This document shows, one piece after another, positions 1 through 9,703 of a DNA stretch of 64,000 nt. Numbering within the stretch: position 1 is the first letter of the stretch; each line of letters starts with the position of its first letter. The DNA comes from Alphaproteobacteria bacterium. GTDB lineage: Bacteria > Pseudomonadota > Alphaproteobacteria > SP197. The stretch covers positions 256,001-320,000 of the forward strand of contig OZ219918.1 in assembly GCA_964291415.2 (NCBI GenBank). Reading direction: 5' to 3'. A program made the position numbers and the translations under genes. The notes beneath the pieces were generated by a model. It searched no databases and was not told the origin of the DNA. It was given only the letters and a program-made list of their open reading frames with translations.

Positions 1-8
1 CAGGGCTC

Positions 9-773
9 ATGCAGATTGACTTTGGCGACAGGCGCGTCCTGGTGACGGGCGGTTCGCGTGGAATCGGACGTGCCATCGTGGAGATGTTCCTGGAGTCCGG
101 CGCGCGGGTCGCCCTCAATGGCAGCACGGAGGAGAGCACCGCCAGGGCCGTTGCCGAGATCGGCGCCGGAGACCGCGTCGTCGCGGCGCCAGGTTCGGTT
201 GCCCATGTTGCCGACTGCAGACGAATCGTGGAGTCGGCCGTCGCGGGCCTCGACGGACTCGACGTGCTCATCAACAACGCAGGCTGGGGTGATGTCACGG
301 AGCTCGGCACGACGACGGAGGAGAGCTGGAACCGGACCCTCGATACCAACCTCAAGGCCGTCTACTTCATGACCCAGTTCGCGGCTCCCCACCTCAGGGA
401 AGCGAAGGGCTCGATCGTGAACTTCTCGTCGGTCTTTGCTCTGGTTGGCGCGCCCGGATCTTCGGTCTACGGCGCGGCCAAGGCCGGAGTCATCAACCTT
501 ACCAAGGCTCACGCGCTGGAACTCGCACCTGACGTCCGCGTCAATGCCGTCTGTCCCGGCGGTGTCGACACCGACATGCTGCGCGAGATGGCGCTCACCC
601 TCGCCGATTCGGTCGAGGAGGGTTACGCAATCCTCAAGGAAGACGCGACGGCTCTCAGGCGAATTGCGGACCCGCGCGAGCTTGCCGGACCGGTCCTCTA
701 CCTGTGCTCGGACCTCGCACGATTCGTCACCGGTTCCGTTCACGTTGTCGACGGCGGAGAGACGATCGACTGA
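9..773 (+). CDS. SDR family NAD(P)-dependent oxidoreductase
   Basis: TGGSRGIG cofactor motif, NNAG, catalytic YGAAK, GSVHVVDGG C-terminus. Confidence 0.93.
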   Translation: MQIDFGDRRVLVTGGSRGIGRAIVEMFLESGARVALNGSTEESTARAVAEIGAGDRVVAAPGSVAHVADCRRIVESAVAGLDGLDVLINNAGWGDVTELGTTTEESWNRTLDTNLKAVYFMTQFAAPHLREAKGSIVNFSSVFALVGAPGSSVYGAAKAGVINLTKAHALELAPDVRVNAVCPGGVDTDMLREMALTLADSVEEGYAILKEDATALRRIADPRELAGPVLYLCSDLARFVTGSVHVVDGGETID

Positions 774-905
774 TACCGGTCACGTCGTGTCCCGGGACGG
801 AGCATCGTGATCGAGCACCCCGAGCAGCCGAATGACACGCACATGATTCGCGCGTGCCAGCACTCCGATTTCGACCGTCGGTCGATATCGCGAGAACGGT
901 GGTGA

Positions 906-1799
906 TCATGGCGCCGGAACCATGGCTTCGGTGACGGCCTCGAAGTCGTGTCCGCCGTGGCCGTCGGTGATTGCACGGGAAAGAAGGACATGAATGGCAT
1001 CCAGGTGGCCCGTATCGAGACCCGCTTTCCGGCTCTCCTCGATGACTTGTTCAAGTGAGAGCCTCCAGACATCCAGCGTTGCTCCCACGTCCTCGCCGTA
1101 ACTCCTGGTCGTGGCCGACGCCACCATCTTCTCGAGATCGGCCGACAAGGGGCCTTCACGCATGTAGTCCGACACCATGAGCCTCAGGAACACCGAGGGG
1201 TCCATGTCGGCTGCCCTGCACATCGCAGCGCCGTGCAGGGCTCCGACATAGGCGTGCAGGGCGAAGGCGAGTTGGCCGGCGACCAGAGTGGTCGCACCGC
1301 CCGGCGCTTCGGAAACATGAAGGAGGCGCGCCGAAGCGGCGCTCAGTGCAGGACGCGCGGTCTCGAATACCGGCGTGGGGCCGGAACACAGGATGGTCGC
1401 ATTGCCCGTGCGCACCGCCGAGGGATAGTCCTGGATCTGGGCTTCCAGGTAGGCGATGCCATGTCGTCCAGCCCATGCGTCCAGACCGCGCGAATCTTTT
1501 GCGGTCATGCTCGAAAGGACGACCAGCGTGTTCCCGCCAAGTGCTTCTGCCACTGCCGCGTTCTTCACGCTGGCGACAGTGGCGGCGTGGTCGCGCAGGC
1601 ATGTCAGGACGACTGTCCCGCGACGCACCGCTTCGGCAATGGTGGGAGCCGCCCGGTCGCCGTAGGGACGCGCCCGGTCGGGACGACGATTCCACACGCT
1701 CACGTCAAGTCCCTGCATGATCAGCCGGTCGGCAAACGCGCTTCCCATCTTGCCAAGACCCAGTACCGCTACCGCCGGCAAGCTCGAATCCGATGTCAT
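906..1799 (-). CDS. NAD(P)-dependent oxidoreductase, imine reductase / beta-hydroxyacid dehydrogenase-like
   Basis: GLGKMG Rossmann motif, VWNR, YLEAQIQDYP...ILCSG segment typical of imine reductases; start trimmed to MTSD (1799). Confidence 0.82.
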   Translation of the reverse strand: MTSDSSLPAVAVLGLGKMGSAFADRLIMQGLDVSVWNRRPDRARPYGDRAAPTIAEAVRRGTVVLTCLRDHAATVASVKNAAVAEALGGNTLVVLSSMTAKDSRGLDAWAGRHGIAYLEAQIQDYPSAVRTGNATILCSGPTPVFETARPALSAASARLLHVSEAPGGATTLVAGQLAFALHAYVGALHGAAMCRAADMDPSVFLRLMVSDYMREGPLSADLEKMVASATTRSYGEDVGATLDVWRLSLEQVIEESRKAGLDTGHLDAIHVLLSRAITDGHGGHDFEAVTEAMVPAP

Positions 1800-1845
1800 G
1801 ACAGCACCTTTCCCAAGACTGCGCGCGAGCGTCACGAACGCGGAC

Positions 1846-2343
1846 CTAGAAGAACGTCGACATGGTCCGCGGCACCAGAGTCTGGTCGAGAATGACCTTG
1901 CGACGCGCGATACGCCAATGCTGGCCATGGCGGCGGAGCCGGTCTTCGCGGCGTCCGACGTACATGACCTCCGTGCGCTCGAGGCGCGACTGGTAGACGA
2001 GGAGATTGCACCTGACGTCGAGCCCGTCATCGTTCGCTTCGCGGATCTCGACATTCGAGATGAAGTAGCGCATCCGCGAGGGTGGCTGTTCCGCATGGGC
2101 AAGCGACGAACGCAGGCGTTCGATGCGGGCGGCGAGGAACGCCTTGTCGTCGTCGAAGTACGCCATCTCGCCGTCGGCGGAAACAGCGTCGGGCTGCCCG
2201 TCGACCGTTTCGCGCGCCGGCATCCAGTAGCGCGCGTCGTCGGTGAAGAGATCGAGCCATTCTTCCAGGCGAAGCTCGCTCAGCAGGCGAACTTCGCGAT
2301 AGAGGAACTGTTCAACGCGGTGCTGCAGCGCGACGCTGACCAT
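1846..2343 (-). CDS. aromatic ring-hydroxylating dioxygenase beta subunit
   Basis: FLYREVRLL..LEEWLDLFTDD..YWMP, PPSRMRYFISNV, WRIARRKVILDQ; directly downstream of the alpha subunit. Confidence 0.93.
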   Translation of the reverse strand: MVSVALQHRVEQFLYREVRLLSELRLEEWLDLFTDDARYWMPARETVDGQPDAVSADGEMAYFDDDKAFLAARIERLRSSLAHAEQPPSRMRYFISNVEIREANDDGLDVRCNLLVYQSRLERTEVMYVGRREDRLRRHGQHWRIARRKVILDQTLVPRTMSTFF

Positions 2344-3657
2344 GGGACGTTCCAGACCAGGGCGAGTTCACAAGAGTCGCCCAGTGCCGATAGAAGTTCA
2401 GCTGGTTGGTCTCCGAGATGTACGGCGAAAACCGTCCGGGACATCCCTCAGGTCCGTCCAGCAACGGTTGCCCGACGTTCATCTGGTAGTTGAAGTCGAG
2501 CCTCTGTCCCACGACGCCCCGCGTCGCCTCGGTCACCTGCTCGAAATTCTCGGTATCGTCCTGCGCGGCGATACCGCTGACTGCCTGGATGCGCGTGTAG
2601 TCGACACGCGCGAGGTCCTTGATGACCTTCGGCGCATCCCGATCGACCGCGCACCAGTTCCAGGCCTCCAGACGATCGGGGCCCTTTGGAAGCCACAGGT
2701 AGAATCCGATCGGCCGCAACGCGCTGAAGTCATTGAACGAAAGATTGGGGAACATGTTGCTGAACGAGGGCGCGTAGACACCGGCCTGGCGTTTCGGAAA
2801 GGCCCTGATCAGTCGCTGCTGACACTCCTCGACATAGTCGACCACTTCCGGCCCGTAGGTTTGGCGAGTTCCCGGTCGACCTCGTAGCGCTCGCCGTCGA
2901 AGACGACTCCCGTCATGCCATGGCCGTTGTCGAGGCCGATGTTGTAGTACCGGGCCTCCTTGCCGCGGAAGTTCGGATTGGCCGGATTGATCTGCCGGAT
3001 GTCGAGCTTGAACATCGACCCGTGCGAATAGGGAAGATGATAGGTGTCGCCCGCAAAGTTCTCGCTGGCGATCTTCCAGTTGGCGTTGAGGGAATAGCGC
3101 TGGATGCCGGGAATGAACTCGATTCCTCCGACCTGGCGTTCGATCATGACATCCAGGTACCAGCGGAGATCTCCCAGGAAGTCGTCGAGACTCCCGGCTC
3201 CGGCGTCCCAGTTGCCGAAGATCATGCCTCCGTAGATCGCCAGGTTCGGGACCTCGAGCAGACCCCACCGCTCCCTGTCAAGGCGATCGCCGTAGGCCTC
3301 CTTTTCCAGAGGTACGCCCTTGAGCCGACCGGTGTTGGAGTAGGTCCAGCCATGAAAGCTGCAGGTGAACTGGCGGGCATTGCCGCGGTCCGCCCGACAG
3401 ACCTTCATGCCTCGATGACGGCACGAGTTCAGAAACGCCCGGATGATCCCGTCTTCTCCGCGACACACGAGAACGGGATCCTCACCCATGTAGGCCGCCA
3501 TGTAGTCCCCGGGCCTGGGGACTTGCGATTCATGACCGAGGAAGAGCCAGCAGCGTGCGAACACGCGCTCCAGCTCTACCTGGTAGATATCCGGGTCGAA
3601 GAATATCCTGCGGCTGACGAGTCCTTCATCGATCCTGACGTAACGGTCCGCCTCCAT
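2312..3657 (-). CDS. aromatic ring-hydroxylating dioxygenase alpha subunit (single frameshift near 2860)
   Basis: Rieske CRHRG...CSFHGW and mononuclear-iron ENFAGDTYHLPYSH in ORF 2809..3948; C-terminal QDDTENF in ORF 2312..3268; one extra A in GCC AAA (A)CC TAC joins the frames (ELAKTYGPE). Confidence 0.88.
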
Positions 3658-3820
3658 GGGCCTCCCTCGATCGGTTCGAAGCCGACGATACGCCAACAGT
3701 ACCGGAATCCCGATCGAAACCCCAACGCGAGCCCGAAACTTCAGGACAGCTGCCGGCGAACGGCACCGGTCGACGAACGGGCTGCGATGGACCGGGACGA
3801 GAACCGGCCCGAGCGCGGGC

Positions 3821-4708
3821 CTAGTCGCCGAACCGGAACACCGCCGACATGGCGCAATGGTCGGGATGCGGATCGCGCCGTGGCTCTTCGCGGAAGGATC
3901 CCGGCGCCAGCATCGCCTGCGCGCCGCCTCCGGCCACCATGTGATCAATGAACGCCGGAAAGCGTGGATCGCAGCGGAACGGCACGTCCTTCGTCAACAG
4001 CAGCAGAGGCGCCGAGGCTGGCGAGAGCAGCCGCCACGCCCAGTCGTCGGCGAGCGTCAGGCGGCGGTTGAAATCTCCCAGGATGACGAAGGGCTGAGCC
4101 TGGGCCCGGCGGGTGTCGGCCCACGCCTTCAACTCCTCGATCTGGCCGCGCAGCGTCGCGCAGGTTTCCGCGCTCCCGCTGTCGCCGTCCTGACCGGCGC
4201 CCCAGCACCCGGTCTTGAGATGGACCGAGAGCAGGCGCAGTTCCCGGTCTTGCGACGTCACGACGATGTCGGTCGCCCATCGCTGGAACGCGTCGCCGGC
4301 GCCCAGCGTTGTCAGGTCTCCGTTGCGACGGTATTGGACGCCGTGCCTGATCGCGAACCCCGTCGCCAGGTGTCCGAGCCGTGCCTGAGGTCTGTCCCAG
4401 CAGGCCGGGCCGTTCTCCGCCGGCGGACGCCGCGACACTTCGACCTGCCAGTCGGATGCCGGAAACACCCGGTGCGCCGCTGCCACATTTTCCACCTCCT
4501 GGAAGGCGACGATATCGGCGTCCAGTTCGGCGACCCGCCCGGCGAGGACCGCGTAGTCGGCAGCGCTGCGCCCGACGCAGCCGGCGCCGTCGCTGTCGTC
4601 CAGGTGTTCCAGGTTCCAGGCCGCAATGCGCAGTTCATCGCCCGATCCCGATTGCGGCGCGAACGCCAGGACCAGGCACGCCAACACCCCCCATCCGGCA
4701 ACACGCAT
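3821..4708 (-). CDS. secreted endonuclease/exonuclease/phosphatase (EEP) family protein
   Basis: signal peptide; AWNLEHL, AFQEVE, SVHLK, ILGDFN, IDH and PDHC motifs. Confidence 0.88.
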   Translation of the reverse strand: MRVAGWGVLACLVLAFAPQSGSGDELRIAAWNLEHLDDSDGAGCVGRSAADYAVLAGRVAELDADIVAFQEVENVAAAHRVFPASDWQVEVSRRPPAENGPACWDRPQARLGHLATGFAIRHGVQYRRNGDLTTLGAGDAFQRWATDIVVTSQDRELRLLSVHLKTGCWGAGQDGDSGSAETCATLRGQIEELKAWADTRRAQAQPFVILGDFNRRLTLADDWAWRLLSPASAPLLLLTKDVPFRCDPRFPAFIDHMVAGGGAQAMLAPGSFREEPRRDPHPDHCAMSAVFRFGD

Positions 4709-4760
4709 CGTCGTCTCCTTCGCCTTCCGGTCCGCAACGCCGTTCCTGCAGGACGGGCCG

Positions 4761-6293
4761 CTATCGGAGGAGGGCGCGTTCCTCCGTCCTCTGCCATGCC
4801 TCGCGATAGCTGCGCTGGTAGGTGTGGAAGGGATCGCTGGTGACGGCGTAGTCCCACACCGGCGGGCGGCCGTGCCTGTTGGCCTCGAAGATCGTCGTGC
4901 GCCGCCGGACGCTCTCTTCCACGAGGCCCGGCAGGTCGGCCACGTCCCACTGCCTCAGGATCTCCTGATGCAGGTCCTCCCGTGTCGCGGCATGGGCGGC
5001 ATCCTGCGCCAGGTCGCGACGCTCTTCGGGGTCCCTGGCGAGATCGAACAGCAGGGGGGCCGTCGTCTCGCAGTGAACGAACTTGTGGCGGCCGCGCCTG
5101 ATCATGAACCACGGTGCCGGCACGCCCTCGCCGCAGTACTCCGCGAGCACATCGCGCGGGGCGCCCGCGTCGTTTCCGCGCAGAACGTGCGCGAGGCTCC
5201 TGCCGTCGACCGGACCTGCGATGCTGCCGGTCTCCTCGTCGCCGGCAAGCTCCGCCAGCGTCGGGAGCATGTCGACGAGCGAGACGGGAGTCCGCACCCG
5301 TTTCGCAGCAAAGGCAGCGGGACAGTGGAACACGAGAGGCACCCGTTCTGCCCACTCGAAGAAGGTGCGCAACCCCCAGAGGCCGCGCTCTCCCAGCATG
5401 TTGCCGTGGTCGGCGGTGATGATGACGACGGTGTCGCTATCGAGGCGTGAGGCCTCGAGCGCGCCGAGGATCTGGCCGATCCTGTCGTCGATGTGACTGA
5501 GCATCGCGTAGTAGGCGTGACGTGCCCGGCGCACATGATCGTCGGTCACGCCGGCCTGCCCCATGCCGCCGTACTCGTGGAGATAGCGACTCAGTTCGTC
5601 ATGATCATCGACCGGGATCGGCGCGACCGCCGGCATGGGGATGTTCCCGTCGTCGTAACGATTCCAGTACTCGGCCGGCGAGGCGAAGGGAGGGTGGGGC
5701 TGGATGAACGAGACGGTCATCAGGAAGGGCCGGTCGGCCTCCTCGCGGGCCAGCTGGTAGATCCTGTTGACGGAGGTGAAGGTCACCTCGTCGTCAAAGT
5801 CGATTCCCAGGCAGCGCACGCAGGGGCCCGCCTCGATCACTTCGTCGAGATTCGGATAGTCGGGAAATCCCTCGTCCTCCCAGCGCGCGCCTCCGGGTGG
5901 CGGGCCCCAGCCGAAATCCGACGGCACCACGTCGGTCGTCAAGCGCTCCTCGAAGCCGTGCAGCTGATCGGGGCCCACGAAGTGCATCTTTCCGGAAAGA
6001 ATGGTCTGGTAGCCCGCCAGGCGCAGGTGGTGGGCAAAGGTGGGAACACTCGCCGGAAGCTCGCTGCCGTTGTCGTAAACACCGACCTTCGAGGGCAGGA
6101 GCCCTGTCAGGAACGAAGCGCGGGACGGTCCGCACAGGGGAGCGTTGCAGTACGCATTCTCGAAGACGATGCCCTCCTCGCCGAGCCGCTTCATGTGGGG
6201 CGCCCTGATCGTGCCGTCGCCGTACATGGGCAGCGCCAGGGCGCTCATGAAGTCGGCCATGATGATCACGATGTTGGGTTGGTTCCTGGTCAT
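4761..6293 (-). CDS. betC: choline-sulfatase-like sulfatase
   Basis: PNIVIIMAD, CNAPLCGPSR formylglycine motif, GKMHFVGPDQLHGFEERLTTD and C-terminal WDY typical of choline-sulfatase. Confidence 0.78.
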   Translation of the reverse strand: MTRNQPNIVIIMADFMSALALPMYGDGTIRAPHMKRLGEEGIVFENAYCNAPLCGPSRASFLTGLLPSKVGVYDNGSELPASVPTFAHHLRLAGYQTILSGKMHFVGPDQLHGFEERLTTDVVPSDFGWGPPPGGARWEDEGFPDYPNLDEVIEAGPCVRCLGIDFDDEVTFTSVNRIYQLAREEADRPFLMTVSFIQPHPPFASPAEYWNRYDDGNIPMPAVAPIPVDDHDELSRYLHEYGGMGQAGVTDDHVRRARHAYYAMLSHIDDRIGQILGALEASRLDSDTVVIITADHGNMLGERGLWGLRTFFEWAERVPLVFHCPAAFAAKRVRTPVSLVDMLPTLAELAGDEETGSIAGPVDGRSLAHVLRGNDAGAPRDVLAEYCGEGVPAPWFMIRRGRHKFVHCETTAPLLFDLARDPEERRDLAQDAAHAATREDLHQEILRQWDVADLPGLVEESVRRRTTIFEANRHGRPPVWDYAVTSDPFHTYQRSYREAWQRTEERALLR

Positions 6294-6478
6294 GATGTCT
6301 CCCTCATCTCATGTCGAAGGGGCGCGCCATGCCACCGGGACTGAGGTCACGGAGCACACCGAGGAGGTTCCGGCGCCGTCGAGGGCGCCGTGCGTGAAAC
6401 GAGCCTGCTGTGCGCTCGCCCGGTTGACGGAATCGCGGTCATACACCTTGAACTGTGTCGGTGGGGAGTGACCGTCAT

Positions 6479-7186
6479 TCAACCCCCTTCTCCTGTTGGA
6501 TGAAGACTCTCCAACCGGTTGAGCCAGTCGGAAAAGTGAGGGCATTGCGTGCACATGCGCTGCAGGCCGATTTCCAGTGCGGCGAGAATACCCAGAAGTG
6601 GTTTCTCATATCCGTCAATCAGAGCCATGATCCGCTTCGACGGCGCTCCTTCCGGCGACTCATCGATCTCTTCCGGCGTCGGGAAGGTGTTCCTGATGTC
6701 CTGCAACCGCGGAGTCAGGTCCGGCCGCTCGATTCCAGTGCCGAACCTTTCGCAGTCGCTGAACAGCAGCGCCTCGTACTCGTGCATCATCACATACGGA
6801 ACGAATCGGCGCGTGTCGAAGCCGCCGCCCATTTCTCCGGCGATGTCTGCCAACAGGGCGTCCTGAATCGACGAGGCTCTGTCGGCAAAGGGACGCTGTG
6901 ACGCTTCCGCACGTCCCGGCCACGCTCCACCACCGCTCTGCGGAAGGCCGTAGTAATCCACCATCGTGGTGACGATGCGGTCCTGATCCTCGTGGAGATG
7001 GCGCACGATGTCCCGTCGCGCAGAGGGCCAGCCTCTGATGCCCCCTCGGTGGTCGCGCTGGCGCGCGTTTCCCATCAACCGCGCCCCGACCAACGAAAAG
7101 CCGCGGTCATAGAGGTGCGGCGCGAGAACCTCGTTGACGAAACTCTCTTCAGTCTGACCTTCGACGTGGACGAGGAGACGTGTCAT
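6479..7186 (-). CDS. DUF4276 family (TOPRIM-like) protein
   Basis: LLVHVEGQTEE, TTMVDYY, HEYEALLFSD, PEEID..PSKR, CPHFSDW; 4-bp overlap with upstream ATPase. Confidence 0.82.
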   Translation of the reverse strand: MTRLLVHVEGQTEESFVNEVLAPHLYDRGFSLVGARLMGNARQRDHRGGIRGWPSARRDIVRHLHEDQDRIVTTMVDYYGLPQSGGGAWPGRAEASQRPFADRASSIQDALLADIAGEMGGGFDTRRFVPYVMMHEYEALLFSDCERFGTGIERPDLTPRLQDIRNTFPTPEEIDESPEGAPSKRIMALIDGYEKPLLGILAALEIGLQRMCTQCPHFSDWLNRLESLHPTGEGG

Positions 7187-8220
7187 GCCTCGGGGGTGGG
7201 ACGCCCACCGAATTCATTCTTCTCCCAAAGTTGCCCGAGGCTGTACTCGTTCAGCCAGTCCCTCAGCCTCTCCGGTTCCAGCCTCGTCAGCTTGGTCGCC
7301 CCGTCCTCCCGATCAGCCACAAGCACGTCTTCCGGGTCGAAGTGATCGAGCAACAAGGGCGACTGTGTGGCGAGAATGACCTGAGTCTCTACGGATGCTT
7401 GTTTGACGAGCGATGCCAGAAGCGTGACTGCGTAGGGGTGCAAGCCGAGTTCCGGTTCGTCCATGAGGATGACGGACGGGCGGAGCGTCGCGGGCAGGAA
7501 CAGCAGCGTCGCGAGGGCGATGAATCTCAAGGTTCCGTCAGAAAGGGACGACGCGTCGAAATAGGCGTCCGACTTCCGATGCCGCCATTCAAGACGGATG
7601 GTGTCTTCATTCAACGCCAAGGGTTCCAGTTCAAAATCGTCGAAGAACGGTGCAGCGAGCCGCACCGTGCGTCGGATCATGCGGTACGCATCGGGGTGCT
7701 TTTGGCGCAGGCGATACAGAACGGCGGCGACGTTCGATCCATCCGCCTTCAGGTGGCGGTTGTCGTTCAGATCGGTCGTTTTCTTCATCGGAGACAACGG
7801 GCCGGTATCCTGAAAATGGTAGCAACGGAACTGACGGACTACGGCGAGTAGAGTCTTGGGAAAACTCCAGTTCTGGTCCCCCACAACAGGAAGCCTTCGT
7901 GCAACAAGCCTGTCGCCTGCAACTGCAATCAACTCTTGTCTGTACACCCTATGTATCTCATTGAATTTTATTTCGAAACTGATTCTCTCTGTGTTCTTGG
8001 CTCCAAAGTGCAGGATCTTGTCCGCTCCACCCGAGCGTACGACATGGTCGTCCACTTCACTGTCGTCACGAAGGGTGGTGCGCAACAGCGCCATGGCGCC
8101 GAAGACATTCGATTTGCCCGATCCGTTGGGTCCGATCAGCACGTTGATCCGGCCGAGACGCAATTCGAGACACCTGATGCTCTTGAAGCCTTCGATGGTG
8201 ATTCGGTCGAGCGCGGGCAT
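7183..8220 (-). CDS. AAA_21-type / ABC-like ATPase
   Basis: Walker A GPNGSGKS, signature LSDGTLR, Walker B ILMDEPELGLHP, ATQSP switch, YSLGQLWEKN tail. Confidence 0.9.
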   Translation of the reverse strand: MPALDRITIEGFKSIRCLELRLGRINVLIGPNGSGKSNVFGAMALLRTTLRDDSEVDDHVVRSGGADKILHFGAKNTERISFEIKFNEIHRVYRQELIAVAGDRLVARRLPVVGDQNWSFPKTLLAVVRQFRCYHFQDTGPLSPMKKTTDLNDNRHLKADGSNVAAVLYRLRQKHPDAYRMIRRTVRLAAPFFDDFELEPLALNEDTIRLEWRHRKSDAYFDASSLSDGTLRFIALATLLFLPATLRPSVILMDEPELGLHPYAVTLLASLVKQASVETQVILATQSPLLLDHFDPEDVLVADREDGATKLTRLEPERLRDWLNEYSLGQLWEKNEFGGRPTPEA

Positions 8221-8318
8221 GGCGTCCCCCTCCTACACGCGGAACACCTTCAGCGCCACATCACCAGAGCGGTTGACGACCCTGAAGGCGATTCCGACAG
8301 AGCGTCAATATCGTACCT

Positions 8319-8966
8319 TTAAGACCCCTGGTCCTTCTGGGCGGCAATCCATTCCGCGTAGACAAGCTGGACGCTTGGCCGGGACATGACGGCGTCGGCA
8401 ATCCGCCTGACGTTGGGGAATTCCGCCGTCGTTGGATGGCCGAGCGACGGAGCAAGCCAGGTGGTCAGCATGAAGAGGTAGATATCGACCGCGCTGAACC
8501 GTTCGCCCAGGACCCATGCATGGTCGCCAATCTGATCGTCGATCACGTTCCACGTCTGGCGCAGTCGCCTGATGCCTCGTCTTCGGGCACTTGATTCGTC
8601 AGCGGGCGCATCGACGAAACGATCCGGATAATAGAAGGTCTGGAAGGCCATCTGCACGGTGTTCGAAAAGTACACCAGCGTCTGCAGGTACCGTGCACGT
8701 TCCGGCTCGTCGAACCCGGGCGCCAGGTTTGCCTCGGGATGACGATCGCACAGGAACACCGTGATCGCGGCGCACTCGTACATGCCCTTGTCGTCCCACA
8801 AGAGAACCGGTACCCAGCCGTTGGGGTTGACTGCCAGCTGTTCCGGCGGGCGTGGCGCGTCCATGTTGATCGTCGACTGGATCAGTTCGTAGGGCTTGCC
8901 GATTTCTTCCAGGATCACCCGAACCCCCTGGGCGGCACTGCCCTGTGCATAGAACAGTTTGTACAT
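8319..8966 (-). CDS. glutathione S-transferase family protein
   Basis: MYKLFY..GS, NPNGWVPVL, ECAAI, GERFSAVDIYL; start trimmed to 8966. Confidence 0.9.
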   Translation of the reverse strand: MYKLFYAQGSAAQGVRVILEEIGKPYELIQSTINMDAPRPPEQLAVNPNGWVPVLLWDDKGMYECAAITVFLCDRHPEANLAPGFDEPERARYLQTLVYFSNTVQMAFQTFYYPDRFVDAPADESSARRRGIRRLRQTWNVIDDQIGDHAWVLGERFSAVDIYLFMLTTWLAPSLGHPTTAEFPNVRRIADAVMSRPSVQLVYAEWIAAQKDQGS

Positions 8967-9166
8967 GATGGGTTTCCTCCCCGTTCGTCCTTCAACAGCT
9001 TCACATGTCTGCGCAGGACTGTCCCCACTGGACACATGCGGATGCAGAGCGTCAAGACCTGAGTACAGCACAACTCCGGGAGCGCTCGAGAAGAGGTGGA
9101 GGAGTTGGTTGTCCGCTGTTCGAATGAGAGCGCATTGCAGCGGCGCCGGTGTTCGGCTTGCGGGCG

Positions 9167-9703
9167 TCAGCCGCGGCGCAGGATCCGAACCATGGCGTCG
9201 ACGGCGTGATCGACCGGACCGTCGTTGACCAGGGACTCCACATCGTCCCCCTCGACCGGGACGGCGCGCTGGATCCGTTCCTCCTGCTCGCCCGCTGGTT
9301 CCCGGCGCCTTCGGGCAAGCCGCTGCATCAGCAGCGTGGAGGGCGCATCGACATGGATGACGCGGACCCTTGGAAAGGCCCTGCGGGCTTCGGTAATGAC
9401 GCTGCGCGAGACGTTGGCGATGACGCAGCGGCCCTCTGCCAGCGCCTTCGAGATGTCCCGGGGCACGCCGTAGGCGAGGCCATGGGCGCGCCACGAGAGG
9501 GCGAACGCGCCTCGCCGTCTCTCCGCTTCGAAGTCCTCGGGAGCCATCGCGGTCTCGCCCGGGGCATGGCCCGGGCGGGTGACAGTGCGCCGGGCAAAGA
9601 CGAACCGTGCGTCCGCCTGCAGGCGGCACCGCGCACCATTGATGAGCGTGTCCTTGCCCGCCCCGCTTGGGCCGACGACGAGGAAGAGGGTGCCTGGCGC
9701 CAT
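9167..9703 (-). CDS. phnN: ribose 1,5-bisphosphate phosphokinase PhnN
   Basis: LFLVVGPSGAGKDTL, RRTVTR, FALSWRAHGLAYG, ANVSR, RLARRRRE. Confidence 0.88.
   Translation of the reverse strand: MAPGTLFLVVGPSGAGKDTLINGARCRLQADARFVFARRTVTRPGHAPGETAMAPEDFEAERRRGAFALSWRAHGLAYGVPRDISKALAEGRCVIANVSRSVITEARRAFPRVRVIHVDAPSTLLMQRLARRRREPAGEQEERIQRAVPVEGDDVESLVNDGPVDHAVDAMVRILRRG

Noticed and set aside
2850-2870. Programmed ribosomal frameshift in the dioxygenase alpha gene
   Set aside because: No canonical slippery heptamer; a single missing A explains it more simply.
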